Assembly (NCBI GenBank): GCA_050123415.1
Contig: JASFHE010000001.1
Location: 10,607 to 74,606 of the forward strand
Reading direction: 5' to 3'
DNA from: Desulfobacteraceae bacterium
GTDB lineage: Bacteria > Desulfobacterota > DSM-4660 > Desulfatiglandales > HGW-15
DNA: 64,000 nucleotides
Translations under genes and position numbers: made by a program
The notes under the pieces: model-generated
What the model saw: the letters and a program-made list of their open reading frames with translations, nothing else
Told to the model about the DNA's origin: nothing
The model's database searches: none
In this document: one piece after another, positions 53,171 to 61,145 of the stretch
How the letters are laid out: each line of letters starts with the position of its first letter
Position numbering within the stretch: the stretch's first letter is position 1

Positions 53171-53612
53171 GTTTTTTACTCCTTATTAAATTGTTAATTG
53201 TTACGCGCCGGCACATTACCAGCCCCTTTATTATATTGTTCTTCCATGCAATATCTCCTACTTTCCGAAACCGATTGCGTTTGTAGAATTTAATTGCCTG
53301 GTAATTATCTGCTTTGACGTTTAGGAAGACAGTTCTACCGTGGCAAAACTTCTCTATAATTTGGTGAGCGTAACCGCTCTTTGGGGATGTATTGATTAAT
53401 TGGTGGAGCATGTAAGAACCTTTCGGAGCAAGTACTGTTCCGAGTCTTACCGCCTTGACGTATTTCTGGAAGACTATGACCACGCCTTTTTCAAATATAA
53501 CCAAGTCATTGTCGATCATACGCTGGAGATAATCTTTACGAATATGAGAAAAGATATCCCTTAATTCGGTCATCCTTTTAAAAATAAAATCCAGATCTTT
53601 CTCCGTTGCCAT
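53127..53612 (-). CDS. GNAT-family N-acetyltransferase
   Basis: GYAHQIIEKFCH...VKADNYQAIKFYKRNRFRKVG has the N-x-x-A-I-x-F-Y-x-x-x-G-F-like motif A/B. ATG 53612 lies 1 nt after the MTase stop. Confidence 0.5.
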   Translation of the reverse strand: MATEKDLDFIFKRMTELRDIFSHIRKDYLQRMIDNDLVIFEKGVVIVFQKYVKAVRLGTVLAPKGSYMLHQLINTSPKSGYAHQIIEKFCHGRTVFLNVKADNYQAIKFYKRNRFRKVGDIAWKNNIIKGLVMCRRVTINNLIRSKKHGSILPKRRQRQKY

Positions 53613-53613
53613 T

Positions 53614-54636
53614 TTAAACTTTTTGGAAGACATATATTTTCTCCATCTTTTTCGGTGTGTCTTCACAACCAAAAAGACTATTCATCGGAAGCGCCAATAT
53701 CTCTTTTAGGTTTCCGAATATTTTTGTGCCAAATCGTTCCGCATCTCTACCACAAGGATAATTTTTACCTTTAATATTTATATCTGCAATATTTATTATA
53801 AAATAACCACCAGATTTTAACAGTTTGTAGCAGTTCTTTATGGTCTTGCGAAGGAAGAAGATTCTCCACATGTCGTAGGTTGGGTATTTTTTAAAAGATT
53901 GCTCATTGTCTTCCGAGTAAAGTTCTTTGCAGAAGTAGGGAGGAGAAGAAAAAGCAAGATCGATAGTGCTATGGAGTTCGTTTGGACAAAATGCTTCAGC
54001 AATAGTTTTGTGTATAACCGCTTTATTCTTTGCATGGAGAAATCCTATCATATTATTGAGGCCATCAACGGCCGGGGTTGAAGGGTCAACTCCAATATAT
54101 TTCGAAGTCCTGGCATACTTGCTTGCAAGAAATCCAGAAAGTCTCCCGCCGAACCCAGCGCAAAAATCATAGGCGACCGAACCGTTTCGGAGATACCGTT
54201 CATATATTGCTTTTGCTGCGGCTGGCCTAAAGTTTGTTGCAAATTGATGCCATTCTATTCGTGACAAGTACGAGCGGACCGATGTGTTGGTTATCTTTCC
54301 ACTGTACTGGTATGCCATTCTTATTGATTTTCGGAGAAGTCTTCTTTTACTGAATGCATCAACTGGACTTCCCATCGAGCCGAATACCTTCACGGTGTAT
54401 TGGTGTGGCATAAAGTGTTTGCAGAATTCAATGCCAGCAAGGCCGGTTCCAACTGAGTAGAAAAGTCTGCCTTTATAGTCATAGCGTTTTGTGATGACTG
54501 GCTTTGATTCCAGGAGTTTTTTAAAGTCTACCAACAATTCGTGAGGAGTCAAAGAAACAAAAGGGAAGCCGACGCACTTATAATAATTGTATGCTTCCTT
54601 TAATATCCAGTGGTCAACGTTTTTTACTTCAATCAT
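53614..54636 (-). CDS. DNA methyltransferase (N6-adenine or N4-cytosine, SPPY type)
   Basis: YDFCAGFGGR (motif I, F-x-G-x-G) and AFSSPPYF (motif IV, S-P-P-Y). Confidence 0.6.
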   Translation of the reverse strand: MIEVKNVDHWILKEAYNYYKCVGFPFVSLTPHELLVDFKKLLESKPVITKRYDYKGRLFYSVGTGLAGIEFCKHFMPHQYTVKVFGSMGSPVDAFSKRRLLRKSIRMAYQYSGKITNTSVRSYLSRIEWHQFATNFRPAAAKAIYERYLRNGSVAYDFCAGFGGRLSGFLASKYARTSKYIGVDPSTPAVDGLNNMIGFLHAKNKAVIHKTIAEAFCPNELHSTIDLAFSSPPYFCKELYSEDNEQSFKKYPTYDMWRIFFLRKTIKNCYKLLKSGGYFIINIADINIKGKNYPCGRDAERFGTKIFGNLKEILALPMNSLFGCEDTPKKMEKIYVFQKV

Positions 54637-54830
54637 GATAGAATATCCTTATATTTTTGCAATAGTACTTTCCGCCTATGTCCATTTTTAAATTTTATTT
54701 TAATTCCACAATTCGGACAATATTTATAACTGGATAAAATTTTGTCACATGTACATTTAGGACAATTAAACCACTCGGTATATAATTCGTCATATCCAGT
54801 ACTATCATCAATATCTATTTTTATTATCAT
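54633..54830 (-). CDS. Zn-ribbon protein
   Basis: CPKCTC...CPNCG. ATGA overlaps on both sides. Confidence 0.45.
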   Translation of the reverse strand: MIIKIDIDDSTGYDELYTEWFNCPKCTCDKILSSYKYCPNCGIKIKFKNGHRRKVLLQKYKDILS

Positions 54831-55210
54831 TTCGGCTTCTCCATTCCAAATAATGATTCTGGTTTTATGTTCATCCTGCGATACAATTCAATGGTTTGGC
54901 GTCCATGTTTGCTATTACAATTGAATGCACGGCAAATCTTCTGGAGTAAAATTGGTTCTTGTTTCGGTTTTTTCTTTGGGTACCGAACCCATGGAGCATT
55001 TTTAGTGCCGACAAATTTCCGATAAATCAGAAGCAAAAGTTTGTTTGGGATTCGACCAACGAATTGATTGCATATAATGGAGATAACAAAATCATCCGTT
55101 AATGACATTAGACGGTTGGCCATAAAAGGAGAGGTTAAATCCATATCGTCGTCGGATTCAAATATCTCCTTAAATTCAGCGAATATCGGATTACCCTTTT
55201 TGTTTATCAT
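54827..55210 (-). CDS. possible clamp loader small subunit (gp62-like, by synteny)
   Basis: No strong motif. The gene order clamp, clamp loader large subunit, (HNH), this gene mirrors T4 genes 45-44-62. Confidence 0.25.
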   Translation of the reverse strand: MINKKGNPIFAEFKEIFESDDDMDLTSPFMANRLMSLTDDFVISIICNQFVGRIPNKLLLLIYRKFVGTKNAPWVRYPKKKPKQEPILLQKICRAFNCNSKHGRQTIELYRRMNIKPESLFGMEKPK

Positions 55211-55211
55211 A

Positions 55212-55700
55212 TTAGTTATTCCATCTTTTATTATTAATTATTAACCCAACATGACCGGTTGAAACCATAAATACTTTCCCTAACTCCTTTTGTGTATACT
55301 TACCAGTCTTATATAAATTCCTTATCCATTTTACTTTCTTTTTGGTTAGTTTGGATTGGGAATTATTCTCACCATAACTATTCCTTAAACCAATTTTAAA
55401 AGCGTGAATTTTATTATTTGAAGATGTTACCCACTCCAAGTTTCCTATCCAATTAAACGACTTATCTCCATCTTTATGATTACATTCATGAATTGGAGAT
55501 GGTTTTGTCGGACCGAAGTATTCCAGGACGAGTCTATGAATATAAAATGTTTTCTTTTTACCAAATTTTGATAATGTTATTATTTTATAATTCCATTTAT
55601 TTTTGCTTTGTTTTAGAATTATTTTGTTTCTGATAGACCTAATCCTACCAAAATTCGATACTTTGTAATGCCAACCCGATATTTTCTTCCATTGTTCCAT
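55212..55700 (-). mobile_element. free-standing HNH homing endonuclease (NUMOD4 + HNH_3-like)
   Basis: MEQWKKISGWHYKVSNFGRIRS (NUMOD4-like N-terminus) and IHRLVLEYFG...CNHKDGDKSFNWIGNLEWVTSSNNKIHA (HNH). Inserted between two clamp loader genes. Confidence 0.8.
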
Positions 55701-55703
55701 ATT

Positions 55704-56630
55704 TTAAAAAGTAATATTTTTAATGTCCATATTTTGCATAATTTCAATTATACATGCTGTTGCATTGATTTCTCTATCAATAACCGAATTATCTTTTAGC
55801 ATATACTCCGCAACGGTGATTGCTGATGCCGCTGCCGCTTGATTATCTTTCAATGCTGGAATAAATTCATCAATCAAATACTTCCATAGCCACCTGAATG
55901 AAACCGTACCAGCCCATTTTTCTCTTATTGCTCCAATCTTGCCAAGTTCAAGTAAAGACTTCAGCAAACCCAGATCAATATCACCTTCAAGCAAGTGGTC
56001 GAGGTTCATTTTACCACCGATAGAGCATGACTGGAGATTGTTCAATACGGTTCTGATATCAGGAAAGAACTTATCAACGATGGTTTGGACATCCTCCTTT
56101 GAATGCTTTACTCCTTCAGATTTCAAAATCTTGGCGCAGTACCGGACGATTTTCTTTTTCGGAATTTGTTCAAACTGGAAATGTTGACACCTGGAATATA
56201 TTGCTTCATCGATTGCGCCGAAGTCGTTTGCTGTAAAGATAAAGCGGCAGTTTTTGACGTACCGTTCGATGGTATTCTTTAGACCACGCTGGGCGTCACG
56301 GGTTAAACCGTCCGCTTCATCGAAGAAAACAATATTTGTCTTGTCTTTCTTCCGGCGCATTGAACCAGCGAAATGTCTTACTTTCCCTTTAATGACACCG
56401 ACACCACGATCCTCGCTTGAACCATTCAATTCCAATTTAGAACTTGCACAATGATCAATCAAAATCATAGCAAGAGTTGTCTTCCCGCTACCTGGTGGCC
56501 CAGTAAAGAGTAAATGTGGAATCTGTTCTTCCTCAATATATTCTTCCATTTTTGCTCGGCATCGATCATCGAGAGAAAGAGCCGACAAATCCTTCTGCCG
56601 ATACTTTTCGTACCAAATCAGTTCTTTCAT
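55704..56630 (-). CDS. clamp loader large subunit, RFC / T4 gp44-like AAA+ ATPase
   Basis: LWYEKYRQKDL, LLFTGPPGSGKTTLA (Walker A), VFFDEADGLT (Walker B), SRC motif IYSRCQHFQF. Confidence 0.9.
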   Translation of the reverse strand: MKELIWYEKYRQKDLSALSLDDRCRAKMEEYIEEEQIPHLLFTGPPGSGKTTLAMILIDHCASSKLELNGSSEDRGVGVIKGKVRHFAGSMRRKKDKTNIVFFDEADGLTRDAQRGLKNTIERYVKNCRFIFTANDFGAIDEAIYSRCQHFQFEQIPKKKIVRYCAKILKSEGVKHSKEDVQTIVDKFFPDIRTVLNNLQSCSIGGKMNLDHLLEGDIDLGLLKSLLELGKIGAIREKWAGTVSFRWLWKYLIDEFIPALKDNQAAAASAITVAEYMLKDNSVIDREINATACIIEIMQNMDIKNITF

Positions 56631-56890
56631 TTCTTATTCCTTTCTAACGGAAATGCATTTGGATAATTGATCATTCTTGGAGGACCATCAACGAAAGGAA
56701 CCGTTTTATCTCCAGATTCATATCTATTGTATAAAACAGCATGAACACCAAACATTAATGCTTCCTGCTTTTCTTTTGATATGTCGTGGCAGTTATCTGT
56801 AATTTCAACAACTATATCTAAAAGTTGCTTACCGTTCAGTTTATGAATTTGCAAAACTGCTTCGGCAATTATTTTGATGTTTTTGATCAT
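56627..56890 (-). CDS. hypothetical protein
   Basis: 87-aa ORF with overlapping start and stop codons on both sides. Confidence 0.45.
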   Translation of the reverse strand: MIKNIKIIAEAVLQIHKLNGKQLLDIVVEITDNCHDISKEKQEALMFGVHAVLYNRYESGDKTVPFVDGPPRMINYPNAFPLERNKK

Positions 56891-57687
56891 TACTCTTCCT
56901 CCTCGGTCTCTCCTTCAGCGGACGGGAGTAATGCCCAAATGGTTTCCGAGTCAGTAATAAGTACCGGCTTAGAATCACCAATCCATAGTTGCGGTGGGTT
57001 TTCTTCATCGATTTCGATAGTGGAAAGAACCTTGTCAAGAAAATCTCCATTGACCTTAAGGATGATATTCTCTCCATTGCCGTCAACGTCTTCGACCTCA
57101 CCATCAATAGTAATGGAAAATTGATGCTCAATATCAGAGCCGATGGTTATAGTGATTTCCGACCCGTCGTATGCAACCTCGGTTGTTTTTGACTTCGAAA
57201 GCCCAACATAGGAATGGAAGTCCTGTATGACTTCACGGGTCAAAACAACTTTGTATTCCTGCATACCGCGGAACAATTCCGCTGTGTCTTCTTCTGGGTC
57301 ATCTTTATCCAGGACGGTAGCAATCATTGACGGATCGGATAGAAGATACTTCATCTGGCGCCGCTTGTCTTTGCGTATAAAGATCAATTTGTTTTCGCTC
57401 AATGAAGTATTGATCACCGGCTCCTTGATTGTTCCAAAGAACTTAATCAACGAATCGATGCCACCGAGACCGAGTTCAAGCTCGTTGCTTTTCTGCTTTG
57501 AGATGGTAGCAGAAGTCACAACTACCAGATTGTTTGACAAGTCAACCGCTTCAATATAACATTTCTTACCATTGACCACTGCCACAGCGTCTTCAATGAT
57601 GCCGCCCAAGTGAACACGCTTCAATAGTGCAATGAAGTTTTTTGTGCGAATGGTTAGCTTGCCGGCACTCTTATTCCGACGTTTCAT
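56890..57687 (-). CDS. sliding clamp (T4 gp45-like, putative)
   Basis: Lies upstream of the clamp loader. LTIRTKNFIALLKRV...GIDSLIKFFG...KYLLSDPSMIATV loosely parallels gp45 LSKDTTALLKNFATI...LNGFLGIL...FWPAADPSTVVAP. Acidic C-terminus. ATG 57687 is preferred over the track start 57735. Confidence 0.5.
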   Translation of the reverse strand: MKRRNKSAGKLTIRTKNFIALLKRVHLGGIIEDAVAVVNGKKCYIEAVDLSNNLVVVTSATISKQKSNELELGLGGIDSLIKFFGTIKEPVINTSLSENKLIFIRKDKRRQMKYLLSDPSMIATVLDKDDPEEDTAELFRGMQEYKVVLTREVIQDFHSYVGLSKSKTTEVAYDGSEITITIGSDIEHQFSITIDGEVEDVDGNGENIILKVNGDFLDKVLSTIEIDEENPPQLWIGDSKPVLITDSETIWALLPSAEGETEEEE

Positions 57688-57884
57688 GATACTTTTCCTT
57701 TCAATTATAAAGATTGAATTTGTAATAATATGCAATCATGACTTCCTTTGCCATATCATATGCTCCGATCAACATGCAATTGTACCAGATACGGAAATGG
57801 ATAGACATGTCATAAGCAAGGATATTTCGCCGGACAATTATTTGAAGTACTTTTGGCGATATGTTTTTTCATATATTCCACGAT

Positions 57885-57915
57885 AAAAAAGGGCGTGGGA
57901 TAAACACCCACGCCC
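57885..57915 (-). terminator. rho-independent terminator (bidirectional-looking)
   Basis: The stem GGGCGTGGG (57891-57899) pairs with CCCACGCCC (57907-57915) around a 7-nt loop. On the minus strand it is followed by TTTTTT (57885-57890), 48 nt after the stop of 57963..59102. On the plus strand TTCGGTTTT follows. Confidence 0.75.
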
Positions 57916-57962
57916 TTCGGTTTTGAGGATTTAATTTGTTCTTACTTCAGGGCGCTGCCGAT

Positions 57963-59102
57963 CTAATCGTCGTCGGACGCGATGGAGACTTTTCCATCAG
58001 ACAGATCACCGGAGTTTTTATACAGGATATTGATGGCACAAGATTTGGCAATAGATTTGGCGATGGTGCGAACGGCCATGTTGATGCATTTGTCGGCGTC
58101 TTTTTTCTTCTCTTTGCCGATCAGTTTGGCAATATCCATGATGGACATTTCACTTTTCTGGAGTTTTTCATAGATCTTGGCCGGTAGTGAGTCTTTCCGC
58201 ATTCCTTTCGGAAGTTTCCCACTTTTGTCTTTATCGGCCGCCTTGCCCTTGCCTTTACCACCTTTATTGGCTTTATTGGATTTGGTGGATTCGGCCTTCT
58301 CTTCCATGGCGTCCAGGATTTCCTCGATGGCATCTTCGGACTCATCCTCCCAATCTTTTTTCTTGGGGAGGTCTACTTCAAGACCATTTTCTTTCACGAA
58401 GGCCTTGACCTCTTTATACTCCATGTCGCCGAGTTCTTCTTCCAGGGTGTCGCGGTCGAATTTGCCACCGGCATCGCCGGCATCACCCGATTTGGCCTTC
58501 TCTTCCATGGCGTCCAGGATTTCTTCGATGATGTCTTCGGATTCATCTTCCCAGGCCTTTTTCTTGGGCATATCGATGTCAAGGCCGTTGTCTTTGATAT
58601 AGGCCTTAACCTCTTTATACTCCATGTCGGTCAGCGTTTCTTCCAGTTCATCCCGGTCGAAATCGCCGGCGGCGCTCTTGGCATCTTTCGTACCACCCTT
58701 GGCATTGCCGCTCTTGGATGACAGTTTCATGATTTCATCGATAACTTTGGAGAGATTTTTCTTGGTCACTTTGGTCTTGATTTCAAGATCATTTTCTTTG
58801 ATGTAGGCTCTGACCTCCTTGATTTCCATGTCTTCCAGCTCATCACGGAGGTCATCGCCGCCGGCTTCGCCTTTAGATTCGCCGTCGAATTGATCCATGA
58901 CGCGGACATAAAATTTGATAATCTTTTTGTCCACTTCATCAGTCTTGCCATCGTCATCAATTTCTTCCATGGCGTTCATGAAATCCTCGGCGAGTTCTTC
59001 CGAATCATCGGTATCGGTATCGACCGACTCGTCGGTCAGTTCCAACTTGTTCAACGCCTTTGCATTTTTCTTTAATTCTTCCAATGTGACTTTTTTTGCC
59101 AT
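57963..59102 (-). CDS. highly acidic protein with three HeH/SAP-like repeats and a basic C-terminal domain
   Basis: The repeated unit D(M/L)E(Y/I)KEV(K/R)A(Y/F)(I/V)K(E/D)NGL(D/E)(I/V)D(M/L)PKKK-WEDESED-IEEILDAMEEKA occurs twice nearly identically and once degenerate. The C-terminus is Lys-rich, followed by MSIMDIAKLIGKEKKKDADKCINMAVRTIAKSIAK. Confidence 0.6.
   Translation of the reverse strand: MAKKVTLEELKKNAKALNKLELTDESVDTDTDDSEELAEDFMNAMEEIDDDGKTDEVDKKIIKFYVRVMDQFDGESKGEAGGDDLRDELEDMEIKEVRAYIKENDLEIKTKVTKKNLSKVIDEIMKLSSKSGNAKGGTKDAKSAAGDFDRDELEETLTDMEYKEVKAYIKDNGLDIDMPKKKAWEDESEDIIEEILDAMEEKAKSGDAGDAGGKFDRDTLEEELGDMEYKEVKAFVKENGLEVDLPKKKDWEDESEDAIEEILDAMEEKAESTKSNKANKGGKGKGKAADKDKSGKLPKGMRKDSLPAKIYEKLQKSEMSIMDIAKLIGKEKKKDADKCINMAVRTIAKSIAKSCAINILYKNSGDLSDGKVSIASDDD
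58293..58694 (-). repeat. two tandem, roughly 201-nt near-identical units inside the acidic protein gene
   Basis: ggccttctcttccatggcgtccaggatttc recurs at 58293 and 58494. A third degenerate unit follows up to about 58900. Confidence 0.8.
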
Positions 59103-59212
59103 TGTTTTTTCTCCTTTAGTATTTAGTTACGTGTAAATGAATTCAACTTCAAATATTAATGAAAAGTATCTCACCTCCTCTCCCACTTCTCACTTCCAAA
59201 AATTCATGAATT

Positions 59213-59377
59213 TGGTAGGGTAGATGGGATTCGAACCCACAAAAACATAATTTCCGCACCCTTTACTCCAGCAGAGGTGGAAAAATAACCACATAACTGG
59301 CCGCGCTGGTAGCAGTAATTATGTCGCGTTTTACCGCTGACACAAAAGCCGCCTTTACCATTTTTGGCAACTACCCC
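59213..59377 (-). ncRNA. tRNA-like structured RNA, about 165 nt (not a standard tRNA)
   Basis: Minus-strand 3' end: GTGGG-TTCGAAT-CCCAT (T arm, 59240-59224), then CTACCCT-A-CCA (59223-59213). The complementary GGGGTAG lies at 59377-59371, followed by TT GCC-AAAAATGGTAAA-GGC, a type II-like D arm with U8, A14, GG and A21. About 110 nt separate the D arm from the T arm, where 22-39 nt are expected. Confidence 0.45.
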
Positions 59378-59424
59378 ACAATTTCCGTGATTTCAAAGAA
59401 CAATGAACTTTCACTTACAAATAT

Positions 59425-59433
59425 ATTATAACA
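59425..59433 (-). promoter_or_regulatory. candidate extended -10 promoter TGTTATAAT upstream of the tRNA-like element
   Basis: The minus strand reads ccaTGtTATAATat about 45 nt upstream of the tRNA-like 5' end, in the gap after the helicase gene. Confidence 0.3.
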
Positions 59434-59455
59434 TGGTTTATAATTTCATGGAATC

Positions 59456-61108
59456 CTAATCATCGGTCCTTTTGGTTTTACAAACTTGGTAATCCTTGGA
59501 TTTATCCCACCACCATTCTGAGTCAAGAATGACATTACCGGTTTCCAGGCGTTGTGTCATCATAATTTCCGCTGAATGTAACCGTCCTTTGCGCCTAAAG
59601 AGCATCCCAAGACGTTCCAACCCGAGTTCGTATTCAAGTAATGTTTTATTTAAAGTTAAGCGCATATCAATATGAGCATCTTTAGTTTTACTTTCACTCG
59701 TATCCATAACATCCAAGGAACGTTTATTTCTTGCTGCTTTTACCCCTTGATCAGCCACGAAAATGGCACAATCCAATTCCTGAGATAAACCAGCGATTTT
59801 CTTCCAATTATAATCAATATTAAAACGATCCATTAAAACACCTTGAATTGGTGCCATAATATCTGGATAATCGATTGTTATACCATGAGGTTTAAAATTC
59901 TTTTTTCTTATATACCGATAAATGTATTCAATAACATCATCCAATGTAGCAGAAAATCTTGGAAAACATTTTATCCGATAATTTCCGATTCCGTACGGTT
60001 GTTTTGCCTTTATCCCGGAATATAATCGTCTTTCTGTCATTACTTTAATGCGTTTTGTTTTGAACCAGATTGCTGGAATAAACCTCTTCGTCCGTTTGGC
60101 ATTTGATCTTGTTCTTTCTTCCCTGCATTTTGTACATACCTGCCAATGTTTGTTTTCATCATATGCCGCAATATCTTCCGGATAGAGAAGTAAAGCACTT
60201 TTATTTAATGGCTTTCTAAGTACTTCGCAAGTTCCATGTTGATTATTTTGACAATCAAAAATTGGAAAGACAATTTTTCCAGCATGGTCTTCATCTATTG
60301 CAAATCCTGTTTCACGCTGCCAAAAACGTTCCTCTTTATCTTCTGTTGGCATTTCAAGATTGATATCAAGCCATTTTAATTTATTATAAATCACTCCAGT
60401 CCGTCCAATTTCCTGAGCAGTCCAAGTTTTACCTGATTTCTCGATTCCTGTTATCGCATATAATTTTGATTTACATATCGGCCCCATAAACTCACCGACG
60501 GCGCCTGGCATTCTAAATAAAACATTTTGATCTTTTTCTTCGGAGTAATATTTCCGAACCGCTTGGATTGAGCCCGGTTTTGCTGTACCAAGATCTGGAT
60601 CCTCTTCATCGTCAGATATCTGCGTAAATGAATCAACTACTTTTCCAATATCATCAACTTCATTTCTCTCCAATTTCTTTGTCAATTGGTCAATAACTAA
60701 CTCTGCCTCCATTCTTTTCTGGAAGCGTGGTATAACTTCCTTTTTTATAAATTCAGGATCAATTCCGTCTTCTTTGAATTTTGAAAATTCAGTAGCGAGT
60801 CTATCTAAATACTCTGCAATTATATCCGCTGTCTCCTTATTCATTGCCTGTTTATTATAATTATAAACTTCTTGTATAGTTTGTTTTGGTGCGCGTTCAT
60901 ATTCTTTGAAATATCGTACCAACCATCGGAATACATGTTGAAAGTAAAGCCCAAAATGCTTCGTTTTTATCTGACCAGATTTATACTTCCGATAGATATA
61001 TTGCATGATTTCACTATTCATAATCATGTGGCTGAGGATTAGCCATTCATCCTCTGGTTTTATTTCGATATGTTCAATCAGGTTAGAAAGTTTCTCTTTA
61101 GTAATCAT
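59456..61108 (-). CDS. DnaB-family replicative helicase with Cys-rich insertion
   Basis: LYAITGIEKSGKTWTAQEI (Walker A), GITIDYPDIM (Walker B-like), LDCAIFVADQGVKAARN (Q-x-x-R-like), and a DnaB-N-like N-terminus. The insertion is FDCQNNQHGTC...WQVCTKC. Confidence 0.65.
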   Translation of the reverse strand: MITKEKLSNLIEHIEIKPEDEWLILSHMIMNSEIMQYIYRKYKSGQIKTKHFGLYFQHVFRWLVRYFKEYERAPKQTIQEVYNYNKQAMNKETADIIAEYLDRLATEFSKFKEDGIDPEFIKKEVIPRFQKRMEAELVIDQLTKKLERNEVDDIGKVVDSFTQISDDEEDPDLGTAKPGSIQAVRKYYSEEKDQNVLFRMPGAVGEFMGPICKSKLYAITGIEKSGKTWTAQEIGRTGVIYNKLKWLDINLEMPTEDKEERFWQRETGFAIDEDHAGKIVFPIFDCQNNQHGTCEVLRKPLNKSALLLYPEDIAAYDENKHWQVCTKCREERTRSNAKRTKRFIPAIWFKTKRIKVMTERRLYSGIKAKQPYGIGNYRIKCFPRFSATLDDVIEYIYRYIRKKNFKPHGITIDYPDIMAPIQGVLMDRFNIDYNWKKIAGLSQELDCAIFVADQGVKAARNKRSLDVMDTSESKTKDAHIDMRLTLNKTLLEYELGLERLGMLFRRKGRLHSAEIMMTQRLETGNVILDSEWWWDKSKDYQVCKTKRTDD

Positions 61109-61145
61109 AGTCGCCGTTACCTTTCAACTTCTTCAATACGTGGTT

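Noticed and set aside
58177-58602. Ser-rich plus-strand ORFs (58177..58602, 58624..58806, 58915..59136) opposite the acidic repeat gene
   Set aside because: Their Ser/Leu-rich sequence is mirror-image low complexity produced by GAA/GAT-rich sense codons. The minus-strand gene has an SD, a terminator and a repeat structure.
59213-59260. attP-type 3' tRNA fragment implying a temperate lifestyle
   Set aside because: It is not excluded. However, no integrase, excisionase or repressor is visible in 64 kb. The genome carries a full lytic-style replisome, and a matching 5' acceptor strand plus a D-arm-like sequence exist upstream. It is kept as an alternative inside the finding rather than as a call.
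59213-59377. tmRNA interpretation of the tRNA-like element
   Set aside because: At 165 nt the element is too short. The acceptor has G3-C70 rather than the G3-U70 alanine identity pair. The only internal frame (GCT ACC AGC ... GAG TAA) does not encode a typical hydrophobic degradation tag.
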